Source: Desulfobacterales bacterium
GTDB taxonomy: Bacteria; Desulfobacterota; Desulfobacteria; Desulfobacterales; UBA5852
Assembly: GCA_963674755.2 (NCBI GenBank)
Contig: CAXXVS010000002.1
Location: 1,440,001 to 1,504,000, forward strand
Reading direction: 5' to 3'
DNA: 64,000 nt
In this document: one piece after another, positions 36,473 to 47,812 of the stretch
Layout of the letters: the number at the start of each line of letters is the position of its first letter
Numbering within the stretch: the stretch's first letter is position 1
Program-made: the position numbers and the translations under genes
Notes under the pieces: model-generated
What the model saw: the letters and a program-made list of their open reading frames with translations, nothing else
Database searches by the model: none
Told to the model about the DNA's origin: nothing

Positions 36473-38113
36473 GTGGACCCTGTTTGGATCTCAGCGGCCT
36501 TTCTCTTCGGGTTTGCGGTACAACAAGTAGGCCTGCCGCCACTGATCGGTTATTTGATGGCGGGCTTTACCCTGAGCGCCTTCGGCGCCGAGGGCGGCCC
36601 CATGTTGGCGAACGCGGCCGACATGGGGGTGACCCTGCTGCTCTTCTGCATCGGTCTCAAACTGCGGGTCCGGAATTTGCTCCGGCCTGAGATCTGGGCC
36701 GGTGCGGGCATCCACATGGTGCTCACCGTGTTGCTTTTCGGCACGGGAATACACGCTCTGAGTCTTGTCGCCCTCACCGGGTTTACGCCCCTGGACTTTA
36801 CCCAATCCTTTCTGATCGCCTTCGCCCTGAGCTTTTCCAGTACGGTGTTCGCGGTCAAGGTGCTGGAAGAAAAAGCGGAGATGGCCGCCTTCCACGGACG
36901 GGTCGCCATCGGAATCCTCATCATGCAGGACCTTCTGGCGGTGATCTTCCTGACCGCTTCCACAGGCAAACTGCCCTCGCCCTGGGCCCTCGTGGCCGTC
37001 CCGGGCCTGTTCCTGATCCGCCCCGTGCTGATGTTCCTGATGGACCGCAGCGGCCACGGCGAGTTGATGATCCTGTGCGGCTTTCTGATGGCCCTGGTCT
37101 GCGGGGCCGGCCTGTTCGAAGGGGTGGGCCTCAAGGCCGACCTCGGCGCCCTGTATATCGGCATCCTGTTGGCACCCCATGCCAAGGCCCCCGAACTGGC
37201 CAAGCATTTGCTGGGATTCAAGGATTTCTTCCTGATCGGCTTTTTCCTCACCATCGGCCTGGCCGGCATACCAACCCTTGCGACTTTCGGGGCGGCTCTG
37301 CTCCTGGTGGCGGTGATGCCCTTAAAGGTGGTGCTTTTCTTCCTTCTCCTGACACGGTTCAAACTGCGGGCGCGCACGGCGGTGTTAACTTCCCTGAGCC
37401 TGGCCAACTACAGCGAATTCGGCCTCATCGTCGGCGCCATCGCCGCCGGCAAGGGCTGGATCGGTAATGAATGGCTGATGATCACCGCCATCGCTCTCTC
37501 CCTGACCTTTGTCATGGCCGCGCCGCTCAACACCCGGGGAAACGACCTTTACCAACGTTTGGCCCGTTGGCTGAAACGTTTTGAGACCGAAACCCGCCAT
37601 CCCACCGACGCCCCGATCGATCCCGGCGATGCCCAAATCGCTGTTTTCGGCATGGGACGCCTCGGCACTTATGCCTACGACGCCCTTGCGGAACGCTACG
37701 GGGGGGTGGTCATCGGTATTGATTTTGACCACGCCACCGTTAAGCGTCACCAGGCCACCGGGCGCAACGTGATCTTCGGCGACCCCACGGATCCGGATTT
37801 CTGGACCCGCACGCCACCGGACCGTCAGCTGCGCCTGACCCTGTTGGCGATGCCCAAACACACCGCCAATCTCTCGGCGGCGCGTCAGGTGCGCGCCAAG
37901 GGGTTCACGCAGCGGGTCGCTGCCACAGCCCTCTTCGATGATGAAATCCCGGATCTGGAAAAAGCCGGGGTGGATGCGGCGTTTAATCTGTACAACGAGG
38001 CGGGGCTGGGGTTCGCCGCCCATGCCGGCGATCTCCTTGGAAAACGGCGGCCCAATTCCCGGCGGACGGGATCATCGTCGGTCAGCATTCCCGCCAGCCG
38101 CCAAAACGGGTGA
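36473..38113 (+). CDS. CPA2 cation:proton antiporter with TrkA-N/KTN domain (Kef-like)
   Basis: GLPPLIGYL, LSFSST, ILIMQD, NYSEFG, GMGRLG Rossmann motif. Confidence 0.92.
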   Translation: MDPVWISAAFLFGFAVQQVGLPPLIGYLMAGFTLSAFGAEGGPMLANAADMGVTLLLFCIGLKLRVRNLLRPEIWAGAGIHMVLTVLLFGTGIHALSLVALTGFTPLDFTQSFLIAFALSFSSTVFAVKVLEEKAEMAAFHGRVAIGILIMQDLLAVIFLTASTGKLPSPWALVAVPGLFLIRPVLMFLMDRSGHGELMILCGFLMALVCGAGLFEGVGLKADLGALYIGILLAPHAKAPELAKHLLGFKDFFLIGFFLTIGLAGIPTLATFGAALLLVAVMPLKVVLFFLLLTRFKLRARTAVLTSLSLANYSEFGLIVGAIAAGKGWIGNEWLMITAIALSLTFVMAAPLNTRGNDLYQRLARWLKRFETETRHPTDAPIDPGDAQIAVFGMGRLGTYAYDALAERYGGVVIGIDFDHATVKRHQATGRNVIFGDPTDPDFWTRTPPDRQLRLTLLAMPKHTANLSAARQVRAKGFTQRVAATALFDDEIPDLEKAGVDAAFNLYNEAGLGFAAHAGDLLGKRRPNSRRTGSSSVSIPASRQNG

Positions 38114-38164
38114 TACCAGCTTCCCGGCGGCCCCTTGCCCCTGCCCGATGAAGGACTTCTTGCC

Positions 38165-39199
38165 ATGGTCCAAAAAGTCATTCTCGATATGGACAATGCC
38201 TTGACCATTCCGGCGCAGGACACCGATGACGCCCTGGCCCTGGCCCTGGCCCTGACATCGCCGGAGCTGGCGGTGCTGGGATGCACCACCTGTGCCGGCA
38301 ATTGCCGGACGCACCAGTCGACACAGAACACCCTGTGTCTTCTGGAAGCGGGCGGCATCCGCACCCTGCCAGTGGCCGAGGGGCACCCCGCCGCCCTGGC
38401 GCGGGACCGGGAGGCCCATTTCCGTTACCTGGCCGCCAAGAGTGAAGGACCCCAAGCCCGCTATTGGAAAGGCTTGCCGCAACCGCCGCTCCCCACTCTG
38501 ACAGCGGCCCCGCAGCCGGCGTGGGAGTTTATCCTGGAAACGGCCCGCCGCCATCCCGGCGAAGTGCTTTTTATCGCCCTGGGATCGTTGACCAACCTGG
38601 CCCTGGCCCTGCTGGAGGATCCGACCGGCGCGGCGCTGCTCAAAGGGGTGATTCACATGGGCGGGGCCTTCCAGCCTGTGGGAGGAGCGCCCTTTGTCTG
38701 GCAGACTGCGGATATTCCCGCCGACATCTGGCGCACCACCCTGCGCTTCAACACCCTTTTCGATCCTGAGGCCGCCGCCGTGGTCTTCCGTTCCGGCCTT
38801 CCCGTGACCCTGGTGCCCGCCAATGTCACCTCCCGGGTGTTCCAGCGGATAGAGCATCTTGACCTACTCCAAGCGGCCGGAACCCCCTGGCATCGCTTCC
38901 TTGAAGCCTATGCCCGCCCCTGGGTGCAATGGTCCCTCAAAGAACGCCGGCTGCCGGGCGCCCATATGCACGACCCCTTGACCGTGGCCACGGTCATCGA
39001 CCCCGCCGTCTGCCGTTTCGAATCGATAAACCTGAGCGTGACGGCCCTGTTGAGGGGTAGAGACGACTGGCTGTCATGGGAGGGCGGCGGTCTGCCGGTC
39101 CGCATCGCCACGGAAGTGGATGCGCCGCGCTTTGAAAACTGGCTGGCCGAGCGCCTGGGCGCGCCTTTGGGGAAAGATTATCTTATCCCCCGGCCATGA
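38165..39199 (+). CDS. Inosine/uridine-preferring nucleoside hydrolase family protein
   Basis: VILDMD..DTDDALAL, LGSLTNLA, HMGGA, FN..FDPEAA, MHDPL. Confidence 0.88.
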   Translation: MVQKVILDMDNALTIPAQDTDDALALALALTSPELAVLGCTTCAGNCRTHQSTQNTLCLLEAGGIRTLPVAEGHPAALARDREAHFRYLAAKSEGPQARYWKGLPQPPLPTLTAAPQPAWEFILETARRHPGEVLFIALGSLTNLALALLEDPTGAALLKGVIHMGGAFQPVGGAPFVWQTADIPADIWRTTLRFNTLFDPEAAAVVFRSGLPVTLVPANVTSRVFQRIEHLDLLQAAGTPWHRFLEAYARPWVQWSLKERRLPGAHMHDPLTVATVIDPAVCRFESINLSVTALLRGRDDWLSWEGGGLPVRIATEVDAPRFENWLAERLGAPLGKDYLIPRP

Positions 39200-39262
39200 A
39201 GCATAAAACCGGCCGTCTTCGGCCCGGATCGTCAGCCACACGAATCGCATTGATCGATAACG

Positions 39263-40594
39263 CTAGGCGGAAAAAGCATTGCCGACCTGGTTATAGACCG
39301 CCATAACGGCGGCGATCCGCCCCAGAACGACATCTTCAGGGTCCCATGGATGGGAAGTGCCGTCAGGATGGCCGGCGGCTTCGGGCAGGTGCTTACCCAA
39401 AAGGGCGGCAGGCGGCGGATACTGCCGCAGGTTGGCCAGCAGGCGCTGCAAGGCGGCTTTGGCCTCGGGCCAGGCCCAGTAGTAGCGGATCCGATCGGAA
39501 AAGGCCTGCCGGCGCAGCCGCTTCAGCTCGGCCGCCGATCCCCGGTAGTAGGCCTGCCAATAGCGGGAATCGGCCAGCATCAGGCGCTCCATGGTTTCCG
39601 GCAAATGGGAAAGCGTCACGCCCTTGTGATCGGCCAGAAGTTCTTCTTCGATCGCCGCGAGCCCGAAAAGCGCCTCCCGCATGGCATAAGTCAGGGCCGG
39701 GCCCACCTTGAGGATGCCGCACTGGTCGGCCACCATGCGGGACAGGGCCGCCGGGGTCTGGAAATCGGTCGAATGGGCCTCGAAGACGAGCCGGTCTTCC
39801 TGCCGGATATAGGCCACCAAGGGCTGCATGCGCTCTGCATCATAGGGATGGATCACCTGCGGTGCGAAATCAGCGCCGGTGTTCACCACCAGGGCCACAA
39901 CCCGCTGCCAGGCCTTTTCCAAGCCCGCCGCTTCAAAGGCCTGGCGGCAGGCGGCGACGGTGTCCCGGACATGGACCGCCCCGCTCACCGGCGCCAACGC
40001 GGTCTGCCCGTCCTGCCCTCCCGGAAGGGGCACGTCGGATCCGATCACGTACCAGGGCGGCGCCACCCGCTGATCATGGGCGGTTTCCTCCGCCACACGG
40101 CACAACGCCGCGCTGCGGCGGCAAATCAGCGCCAGGGGAAGGCTGCCGTCCGGCTCCCGGGGATCGCCGACGCAGGGGGAGGAGGTGTCCAGGTGAATTT
40201 TCTGGTAGCCGGCGGCCACGCAGGCCGCGGCCAGTTCCATGGCCCTGGACAGGGCGTCCCCGGCGTTCTCGCCACGCCAGGGATAGGGCCCCAAATGGTC
40301 CGCCCCCAACAGCAGCCGGTGGCCGGGCAGGCCGGCGGCCTCCGCCAGCTGACGCACCCGGCGGCCGAACGCGGCCGGGGTCCATCCCGCATACCCACCG
40401 GAGAGATTGACCTGGCTGGCGGTGGACTCGATCAGGGCCGGCGCTCCGTCCCGCCGGGCCTGCTGCAGCACCGCCCGGACCGCATAGGGGCTGGCCGTGC
40501 AGGCAGCCGTCAGGGCGCACGGCCGTCCCTGCTTATGACGGCGAACCACTTCCCGAAGGACGGTCGCGGCCGGCATGTCCCGCCATCTGGGCAT
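39263..40594 (-). CDS. gatZ: GatZ/KbaZ family protein (tagatose-6-phosphate 4-epimerase-like)
   Basis: IESTASQVN..GGY, GADHLGP, KIHLDTS, FEAHSTDFQ, LKVGPALT, FSDRIRYYW. Confidence 0.9.
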   Translation of the reverse strand: MPRWRDMPAATVLREVVRRHKQGRPCALTAACTASPYAVRAVLQQARRDGAPALIESTASQVNLSGGYAGWTPAAFGRRVRQLAEAAGLPGHRLLLGADHLGPYPWRGENAGDALSRAMELAAACVAAGYQKIHLDTSSPCVGDPREPDGSLPLALICRRSAALCRVAEETAHDQRVAPPWYVIGSDVPLPGGQDGQTALAPVSGAVHVRDTVAACRQAFEAAGLEKAWQRVVALVVNTGADFAPQVIHPYDAERMQPLVAYIRQEDRLVFEAHSTDFQTPAALSRMVADQCGILKVGPALTYAMREALFGLAAIEEELLADHKGVTLSHLPETMERLMLADSRYWQAYYRGSAAELKRLRRQAFSDRIRYYWAWPEAKAALQRLLANLRQYPPPAALLGKHLPEAAGHPDGTSHPWDPEDVVLGRIAAVMAVYNQVGNAFSA

Positions 40595-40660
40595 TGCGTT
40601 CCTCGATGTCCGTTATATCCGTGGGGGTCCTTCGGCGGCCCCCGCCTCGGGTGGTTCGTC

Positions 40661-40689
40661 TTGACACCCCCGGGGCTTTCTTCTAATAT
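40661..40689 (+). promoter_or_regulatory. Sigma70-type promoter
   Basis: TTGACA-N17-TAATAT, 38 nt upstream of the ATG at 40728. Confidence 0.65.
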
Positions 40690-40727
40690 CGCTAAGTTTC
40701 TTTAGCGCACCCTCTGCTCGGATTTTT

Positions 40728-42233
40728 ATGACAGCATCTAACGATACGCCCCAGTTGCCCAAAACCAACCCCCTCTCGGCCAAAGTCGCCGCATTGCTCG
40801 TCTACGGCCGCCCGGGGCTTGTTTTCGGCGGAATGATCTGCGCCCTGGCAGTCATGTGGAAACAGGACCCGCTGGTCTATACCCTGGGCGTCAGTTTTCT
40901 GCTGCTCTCCATGTCGTTCGACCTGGTGGACGGATGGTTCGCGGCCCGCTTCAGGCCCGACGCCCCCCTGGCCCACCTGGCGGACCGCCTGATGGACAAG
41001 CTGGTCTATTCGATTATTTTCCCGGTCATCGCCGTGGGCATGATGTGGCGCCTTCTGGTCATTACGCCGGACCACACCAAAGGTCAATTGCTGCACGCGA
41101 TCTTTGTCCTCCTGCTGTGTGTAACCGTCCTGATCCGCGAAAACTTCGCCGCCTTCATGCGGGGTTTTGCCATCCGGCAGGGCACCGAGCCCGCCCTCAG
41201 CGAATACAACCGCCTGCGCACCATCGTAGCTGCGCCGGTCAGCGCCCTGCTCTATGCCTATGCCTTTTACATTCCGGAAGGCCCCCCTTCCTGGCTCTAC
41301 TTCAAGATCACCTGGCTGGCCAATTTCCCGCTGCAGGGCCTCTTTTTCGTCGAAATCCTGTTCATGATCATCAACTTCGGCTCCATTGCCGGATACTGCC
41401 GCAAATACGGGACGCTCTGCCTGGACGAACTCTGCCTGGGCGATGCGGTCCTGCGGCGCCGGATCCTGGCCTTTTTCCCCAACGCCCTCACGGTCATGAA
41501 CGCCATGATGGGGCTGATCGCGGTTTTCTTCGCCTACCAGGGCCGGGTCCGGGAAGCCTACCTCATGATCATCGGGGCGGCCACCTTCGATAAACTGGAC
41601 GGCGCCGTTGCGCGGCGTCTGGGGCTCACGGAACCGTTGCCGGAGGAGGTCGGCCAGCGCAAGATCAATCTGGGCAACCTCATGGACGACTTTGCCGATG
41701 CGGTCAGCTTCTGCATCGTTCCGGGCTGGATCTTCTACATCTGCCTGCGGGATATCGCTCCGCAGCAATTCGTGCACCTTCCGGTGGGTCTGGTGGCCTT
41801 GCTGTACTCGGCCATGGGGCTGGGCCGACTGATTTACTTTACCCTCGATAAAACCCCGATTCCGGGCTTTTTCAAAGGGTACCCGACGCCCGCCGGCGCC
41901 ATGCTGGTCCTGGCGCCATTGATTTCATTCAGCCAGGCCGTCAACGAGGCCTCCCACTGGGTCGCGTTCTGGGGGTATTTCGCATTTGGCGTGATGATCT
42001 TCACGGCCTTGTTGATGAACTGCTATTTCATCCGCTACCTGCACATCGGCCGTTTCATGAGCCGCAACCCCTGGATGACCCGACTCCTGCTCGTCATCCT
42101 GATGAGCGTGGTGACCCCCTATTTCGGGATCGTCAGCTTCCTCTTCATGTTTCTCTACGTGCTTTCACCGGTGGTCACCTGGCGGGTGGACCCGGATGAA
42201 GCGGCCCGCGAAACCCGCTCCACACCTTCCTGA
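40728..42233 (+). CDS. Double-domain CDP-alcohol phosphatidyltransferase
   Basis: Two signature motifs: DLVDGWFAAR...ADRLMDK and DKLDGAVARR...GNLMDDFAD; FFKGYPTPAGA. Confidence 0.85.
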   Translation: MTASNDTPQLPKTNPLSAKVAALLVYGRPGLVFGGMICALAVMWKQDPLVYTLGVSFLLLSMSFDLVDGWFAARFRPDAPLAHLADRLMDKLVYSIIFPVIAVGMMWRLLVITPDHTKGQLLHAIFVLLLCVTVLIRENFAAFMRGFAIRQGTEPALSEYNRLRTIVAAPVSALLYAYAFYIPEGPPSWLYFKITWLANFPLQGLFFVEILFMIINFGSIAGYCRKYGTLCLDELCLGDAVLRRRILAFFPNALTVMNAMMGLIAVFFAYQGRVREAYLMIIGAATFDKLDGAVARRLGLTEPLPEEVGQRKINLGNLMDDFADAVSFCIVPGWIFYICLRDIAPQQFVHLPVGLVALLYSAMGLGRLIYFTLDKTPIPGFFKGYPTPAGAMLVLAPLISFSQAVNEASHWVAFWGYFAFGVMIFTALLMNCYFIRYLHIGRFMSRNPWMTRLLLVILMSVVTPYFGIVSFLFMFLYVLSPVVTWRVDPDEAARETRSTPS

Positions 42234-42271
42234 CAGGCTCTCCTGACCGCTCGGCCCCCGTCGTTTCCCCC

Positions 42272-42300
42272 TTGACTATCGCCCGGCAAGCTTTTATAGG
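42272..42300 (+). promoter_or_regulatory. Possible sigma70 promoter
   Basis: TTGACT-N17-TATAGG upstream of the YchJ-like gene. Confidence 0.4.
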
Positions 42301-42375
42301 CCTTCTACCATGACCGTCACGGCTGATCGCTGGCACGGCTGCCTTTCAAACGCACTCATCGCAAGGAGAATACAG

Positions 42376-42864
42376 ATGTCGTTATGCCCCTGTGGATCGG
42401 AAACCCCCTACGAGGCGTGCTGCGAGCCCCTGATATCAGGGAGCCAGACCGCTGCAACCGCTGAAGCGCTCATGCGGGCGCGCTACAGCGCTTACGTCAA
42501 GGAGGAAGTGGCCTTTATTCTCGACACCACCCACCCTTCCCAGCGGGAACAATATACCGAAAGCGGCATCCGTCGCTGGGCGCACAACAGTGAATGGATC
42601 GGCCTGACGATCCTCGACACCCAGGACGGCACGGCCGACGATGACACCGGTACAGTGGAATTCGTGGCCGAGTATTTTGACAAGGGCCGCCGTCGCCGGC
42701 ATCATGAGGTCGCCCAGTTCCGTCGGGAGGAGGGCCAATGGCTTTTTTATGACGGCCAGGCTCCCACCCCCCAAACCGTCGTCCGTTCCGGCCCCAAGGT
42801 AGGCCGCAACGATCCCTGCCCCTGCGGCAGCGGCCGCAAATACAAAAAATGCTGTGGCGCCTGA
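42376..42864 (+). CDS. ychJ: YchJ-family protein with SEC-C motifs
   Basis: CPCGS...[40 protein letters not shown]; aaggag RBS. Confidence 0.92.
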   Translation: MSLCPCGSETPYEACCEPLISGSQTAATAEALMRARYSAYVKEEVAFILDTTHPSQREQYTESGIRRWAHNSEWIGLTILDTQDGTADDDTGTVEFVAEYFDKGRRRRHHEVAQFRREEGQWLFYDGQAPTPQTVVRSGPKVGRNDPCPCGSGRKYKKCCGA

Positions 42865-42915
42865 CCTCCGGCGGTGCCATGGGCGGCCCCACCCCTAACC
42901 GAATAGGAACGCCAT

Positions 42916-43461
42916 ATGTTTGAAAAACTGATTCGCGAGCGGCGCAGCATCCGCCGCTTTGTCGATCGCCCGGTGGAATCGGAAAAAATTGACTTGCTCA
43001 TGGAGGCTGCCTTGCGGGCCCCTTCTTCACGGGGTCTGAAACCATGGGAATTTGTGGTTGTCGACGACCGGGCGCCACTGGAGGCGCTGGCCGCCTGTAA
43101 ACCCCATGGAGCCGGTTTTCTGGGGCAAGCCCCCCTGGGTATCGTGGTGTGCGTCGACCCGGAGCAAAGCGACGTATGGGTCGAAGACGGTGCTATTGCG
43201 ATTATCTTTATTCAGATGATGGCAGTCGAACTGGGGCTGGGCAGTTGCTGGATTCAGGTGCGCAAACGGAACCACGCCGACGGGAGTCCGGCGCGCGACC
43301 ATATCGCGCGCCACCTCGCTCTGCCCGATCGGTTGGAAGTGGAGGCCATGATCGCCATCGGCTATCCGGCCGAGCCCAAAGCAGGCCACGCTCGGGAGGG
43401 CCTGCTCTTCGACCGGATCCATGGAAACCGTTTCGGAACACCCTACGTTTTTAAAGGATAG
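42916..43461 (+). CDS. Nitroreductase family protein
   Basis: RRSIRRF, APSS...PWEFVVV, LGLGSCW, IAIGYP. Confidence 0.93.
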   Translation: MFEKLIRERRSIRRFVDRPVESEKIDLLMEAALRAPSSRGLKPWEFVVVDDRAPLEALAACKPHGAGFLGQAPLGIVVCVDPEQSDVWVEDGAIAIIFIQMMAVELGLGSCWIQVRKRNHADGSPARDHIARHLALPDRLEVEAMIAIGYPAEPKAGHAREGLLFDRIHGNRFGTPYVFKG

Positions 43462-43586
43462 TTACCTTTTTTGTTTTTCGGGCTAAAGTCCCGCTGCCGG
43501 CCGCCGATAAGGAACCTAAGGGCACTGCCGAAAACGCTGCCCCCAAACAGGGTTTTCGGCGCAATCCTCATAACCTTCCTTTGTTC

Positions 43587-43620
43587 CACCAGGGTGGCTT
43601 CGGCCACCCTGGTGTTCTCC
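43587..43620 (+). terminator. Hairpin with UUCG tetraloop (terminator-like)
   Basis: caccagggtggc-ttcg-gccaccctggtg perfect 12-bp stem with a weak T tail. Confidence 0.6.
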
Positions 43621-43906
43621 TATCGCCTGGATGTTTGCACCAACCAGGGCGTTAAACCGCCGAGACCATATTCATGTCCCCCCGAGCGAACGCCCCATCC
43701 ATATCTGACCATTCGATTCTCTTCGAAAAACCAACGGTCTTAATAAATACCTAAAGATTTTCCGTTTCTTTCCAATAACACTCAAAGGGTAGGCATTTGG
43801 CAACGATAGCCGGCACACGCACTGCCCGAAGAAAAAGACGCTATCGGATGGTTGCCAAATGGTTCCGTTGTCTCCCCTTTTTTCATCCGTATCAAAGGGA
43901 GTGAGC

Positions 43907-45418
<1,512 letters not shown>

Positions 45419-45540
45419 AGACAGGCTTGACCCGCCCGCGCGCGTCCTTACCTTTCATTCCCGTCATCCAATCTAATCGGTCATGCTGTGCCGCCCGGGG
45501 CGGCTGCATGCTGTAGAAATCCACATGCGGAGGATCTGGC

Positions 45541-46233
45541 ATGCTGTTTTCGCAACGCTATTCGAAGGTCAGATGGATCGGGCTTTTGGCGTTGGTGTGG
45601 CTTGCGCTGGGAAGCGGCGCCCATAGTGCCGCGCCGAACGTTTCCGGGCGTCTGGTGGGGGGGCTGCGCCATTTGCCGGTGCCAACCGGAGAGAATGCGC
45701 TGCACTACAAGGTCTTCCGAGGGGACTACATTAAGTTCGAGCTTCCCCCGGGAACAAGCGAAACCATTCTGACGATTCCCGATCTGGGCATAGAGGAACG
45801 CCTACCTTCCGATACCACCGCGGCGCCTTATATCAAGATGAAGCAAAGCGGCCGGTTTGCCTTCACCCTCGGCGGGCGGGAAGGCCTGATCGAGGTGCTG
45901 GACTATCAGCCGGCCAATTACCGCGAGATGACCGCGGCCCAGACGGCGGCCTTCATTGAACGGGAAAACCCCCTTGTCCTGGACGTGCGCACACCGGCCG
46001 AATTCAAGGCCGGCCACCTGCCCGACGCCGTGCTGATCCCGGTACAGGAGCTCCAGCGGCGCATCGGCGAACTGGCCCCCTACCGGAACAAGGACATTCT
46101 CGTTTACTGCGCCACCGGCAACCGCAGCACCGTGGCCGCCAAGATCCTGATCGACCAGGGCTTCACCCGCATCGTCAACATGCGCCACGGCATCGCGGAC
46201 TGGTACCGGCAGAAGTACCCGGTCGTCCGTTAG
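45541..46233 (+). CDS. Exported rhodanese-domain protein
   Basis: Signal peptide, LDVRTPAEF..GHL, VYCATGNRS. Confidence 0.87.
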   Translation: MLFSQRYSKVRWIGLLALVWLALGSGAHSAAPNVSGRLVGGLRHLPVPTGENALHYKVFRGDYIKFELPPGTSETILTIPDLGIEERLPSDTTAAPYIKMKQSGRFAFTLGGREGLIEVLDYQPANYREMTAAQTAAFIERENPLVLDVRTPAEFKAGHLPDAVLIPVQELQRRIGELAPYRNKDILVYCATGNRSTVAAKILIDQGFTRIVNMRHGIADWYRQKYPVVR

Positions 46234-46331
46234 CGCCCTAAACGTCCGTGCGTCAAATAGGATGGGATTACCTTACGAAAGAAAAGCGCCTTTCGGCAGC
46301 CGACAGGTTCAACAACGATCGTCGCCGAGGG

Positions 46332-47801
46332 CTATCCCCGGGGCAGATCGCAGCACCCCTTTTCCGGCAGGGCCGTTTCGCCCATGAGATACAGATCCAC
46401 CGCGCGGGCCATCTCGCGACCCTCGGAGATGGCCCATACCACCAGGGACTGGCCCCGGCGGGCATCGCCGGCCGTAAAAACGCCTGGCCGGCTGGTCATG
46501 CCGTTGCTATCCGTGGCGATGGTGCCGGTATCGGTGAGGGCAAGCCCCATCTGCTGTACGACCGTATCCTGCTCGGGACCGACAAACCCCATGGCCAGCA
46601 GGACGATCTCCGCCGGCCATCGGCGCGTGGTTCCGGGCAATTCGTGCATCGCGGGCCGCCGGCCGGGCTTCGCGTCGAAAGCCACCTCCACGGTTTCGAT
46701 GCCGGTCAGACGGCCGCCCTGGCCGACAAAGCGTTTGGACAAAATGCTCCAGCGCCGTTCGCCGCCTTCCGCATGGGAGCTGCTGGTCCTGAGCCGCATG
46801 GGCCAGAAGGGCCAGGGCTGGCCTTCCGGACGCTCCTCCGGCGGCTGGGGCAGGAGCTCGAAGCTGGTCACGCTGCGGGCGCCCTGCCGGTGGCAGGTCC
46901 CCACACAGTCGCTGCCCGTATCCCCGCCCCCGATGATGACGGCATGCTTGCCGCCGGCGTTCAGGGCCGCATCCAATTCCGGCGATGGCGTTTTACCGGC
47001 CACCCGGCGATTCTGGCAGGATAAAAAATCCATGGCGAAATGAATCCCGGCCAGCTCTCTTCCCGGGATGGGCAGATCCCGCGGGCGCGTCGACCCCGTG
47101 CAAAGGACGACGGCTTCGAAATCCACCAGATCGTCCGCCGTAGTGGTCCGGCCGATCTCGACACCCGTCTTGAAAACGATCCCCTCGGCCGCCATCAGAT
47201 CCAGACGGCGGTCGATGATGCCCTTTCCCAGCTTGAAATCCGGTATGCCGTAACACAGAAGGCCGCCGATGCGGTCGGCCCGCTCGAAGACCGTCACCGT
47301 GTGCCCGGCCCGGTTGAGCTGCTGGGCGCAGGCCAGGCCGGCCGGTCCCGAGCCGATCACCGCCACCTGTCGGCCGGTGCGTCGGGCGGGCGGTTCGGGC
47401 TTGACCCAGCCCTGCGCAAACCCTTTCTCGATGATGGCCTTCTCGATGTGCTCGATCGTCACGGCCGGTTCATTGATGGACAGGACGCAGGCTTCCTCGC
47501 AGGGCGCCGGGCACAGGCGCCCGGTGAATTCGGGGAAATTGTTGGTGGCCAGCAGTTGGGCCAGCGCTTCCTGCCATTGGCCGCGATAGACCAGTTCGTT
47601 CCAGTCCGGAATGCGGTTGCCCAGGGGGCAGCCCGAATGGCAGGTAGGCACCCCGCAGTCCATGCAGCGGGCCGCCTGTTGGATCAGCTTTTCCTCGGGG
47701 AAGTCCTGGTAGATTTCGCGATAGTCGCCGAGGCGTTCCGCCACGGGGCGGGTTTCCGGTGTTTCGCGCTCGAATTCCTTGAAGCCGGTCGGTTTACCCA
47801 T
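46332..47801 (-). CDS. gltD: Glutamate synthase small subunit
   Basis: MGKPTGF, RCMDCGVP.CH.GCP, NNFPEFTGRLCPAPCE, GSGPAG, GGGDTGSDC, GDARRGQSLVVWAI. Confidence 0.97.
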   Translation of the reverse strand: MGKPTGFKEFERETPETRPVAERLGDYREIYQDFPEEKLIQQAARCMDCGVPTCHSGCPLGNRIPDWNELVYRGQWQEALAQLLATNNFPEFTGRLCPAPCEEACVLSINEPAVTIEHIEKAIIEKGFAQGWVKPEPPARRTGRQVAVIGSGPAGLACAQQLNRAGHTVTVFERADRIGGLLCYGIPDFKLGKGIIDRRLDLMAAEGIVFKTGVEIGRTTTADDLVDFEAVVLCTGSTRPRDLPIPGRELAGIHFAMDFLSCQNRRVAGKTPSPELDAALNAGGKHAVIIGGGDTGSDCVGTCHRQGARSVTSFELLPQPPEERPEGQPWPFWPMRLRTSSSHAEGGERRWSILSKRFVGQGGRLTGIETVEVAFDAKPGRRPAMHELPGTTRRWPAEIVLLAMGFVGPEQDTVVQQMGLALTDTGTIATDSNGMTSRPGVFTAGDARRGQSLVVWAISEGREMARAVDLYLMGETALPEKGCCDLPRG

Positions 47802-47812
47802 GGGCGTAATCC

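Noticed and set aside
42862..42900. Selenocysteine read-through at TGA stops (e.g. after ychJ)
   Set aside because: Proteins end at family-typical positions and I saw no convincing SECIS or continued reading frame.
43462..43906. c-di-GMP riboswitch upstream of the GGDEF gene
   Set aside because: The class I (GEMM) consensus elements could not be located by eye on either strand.
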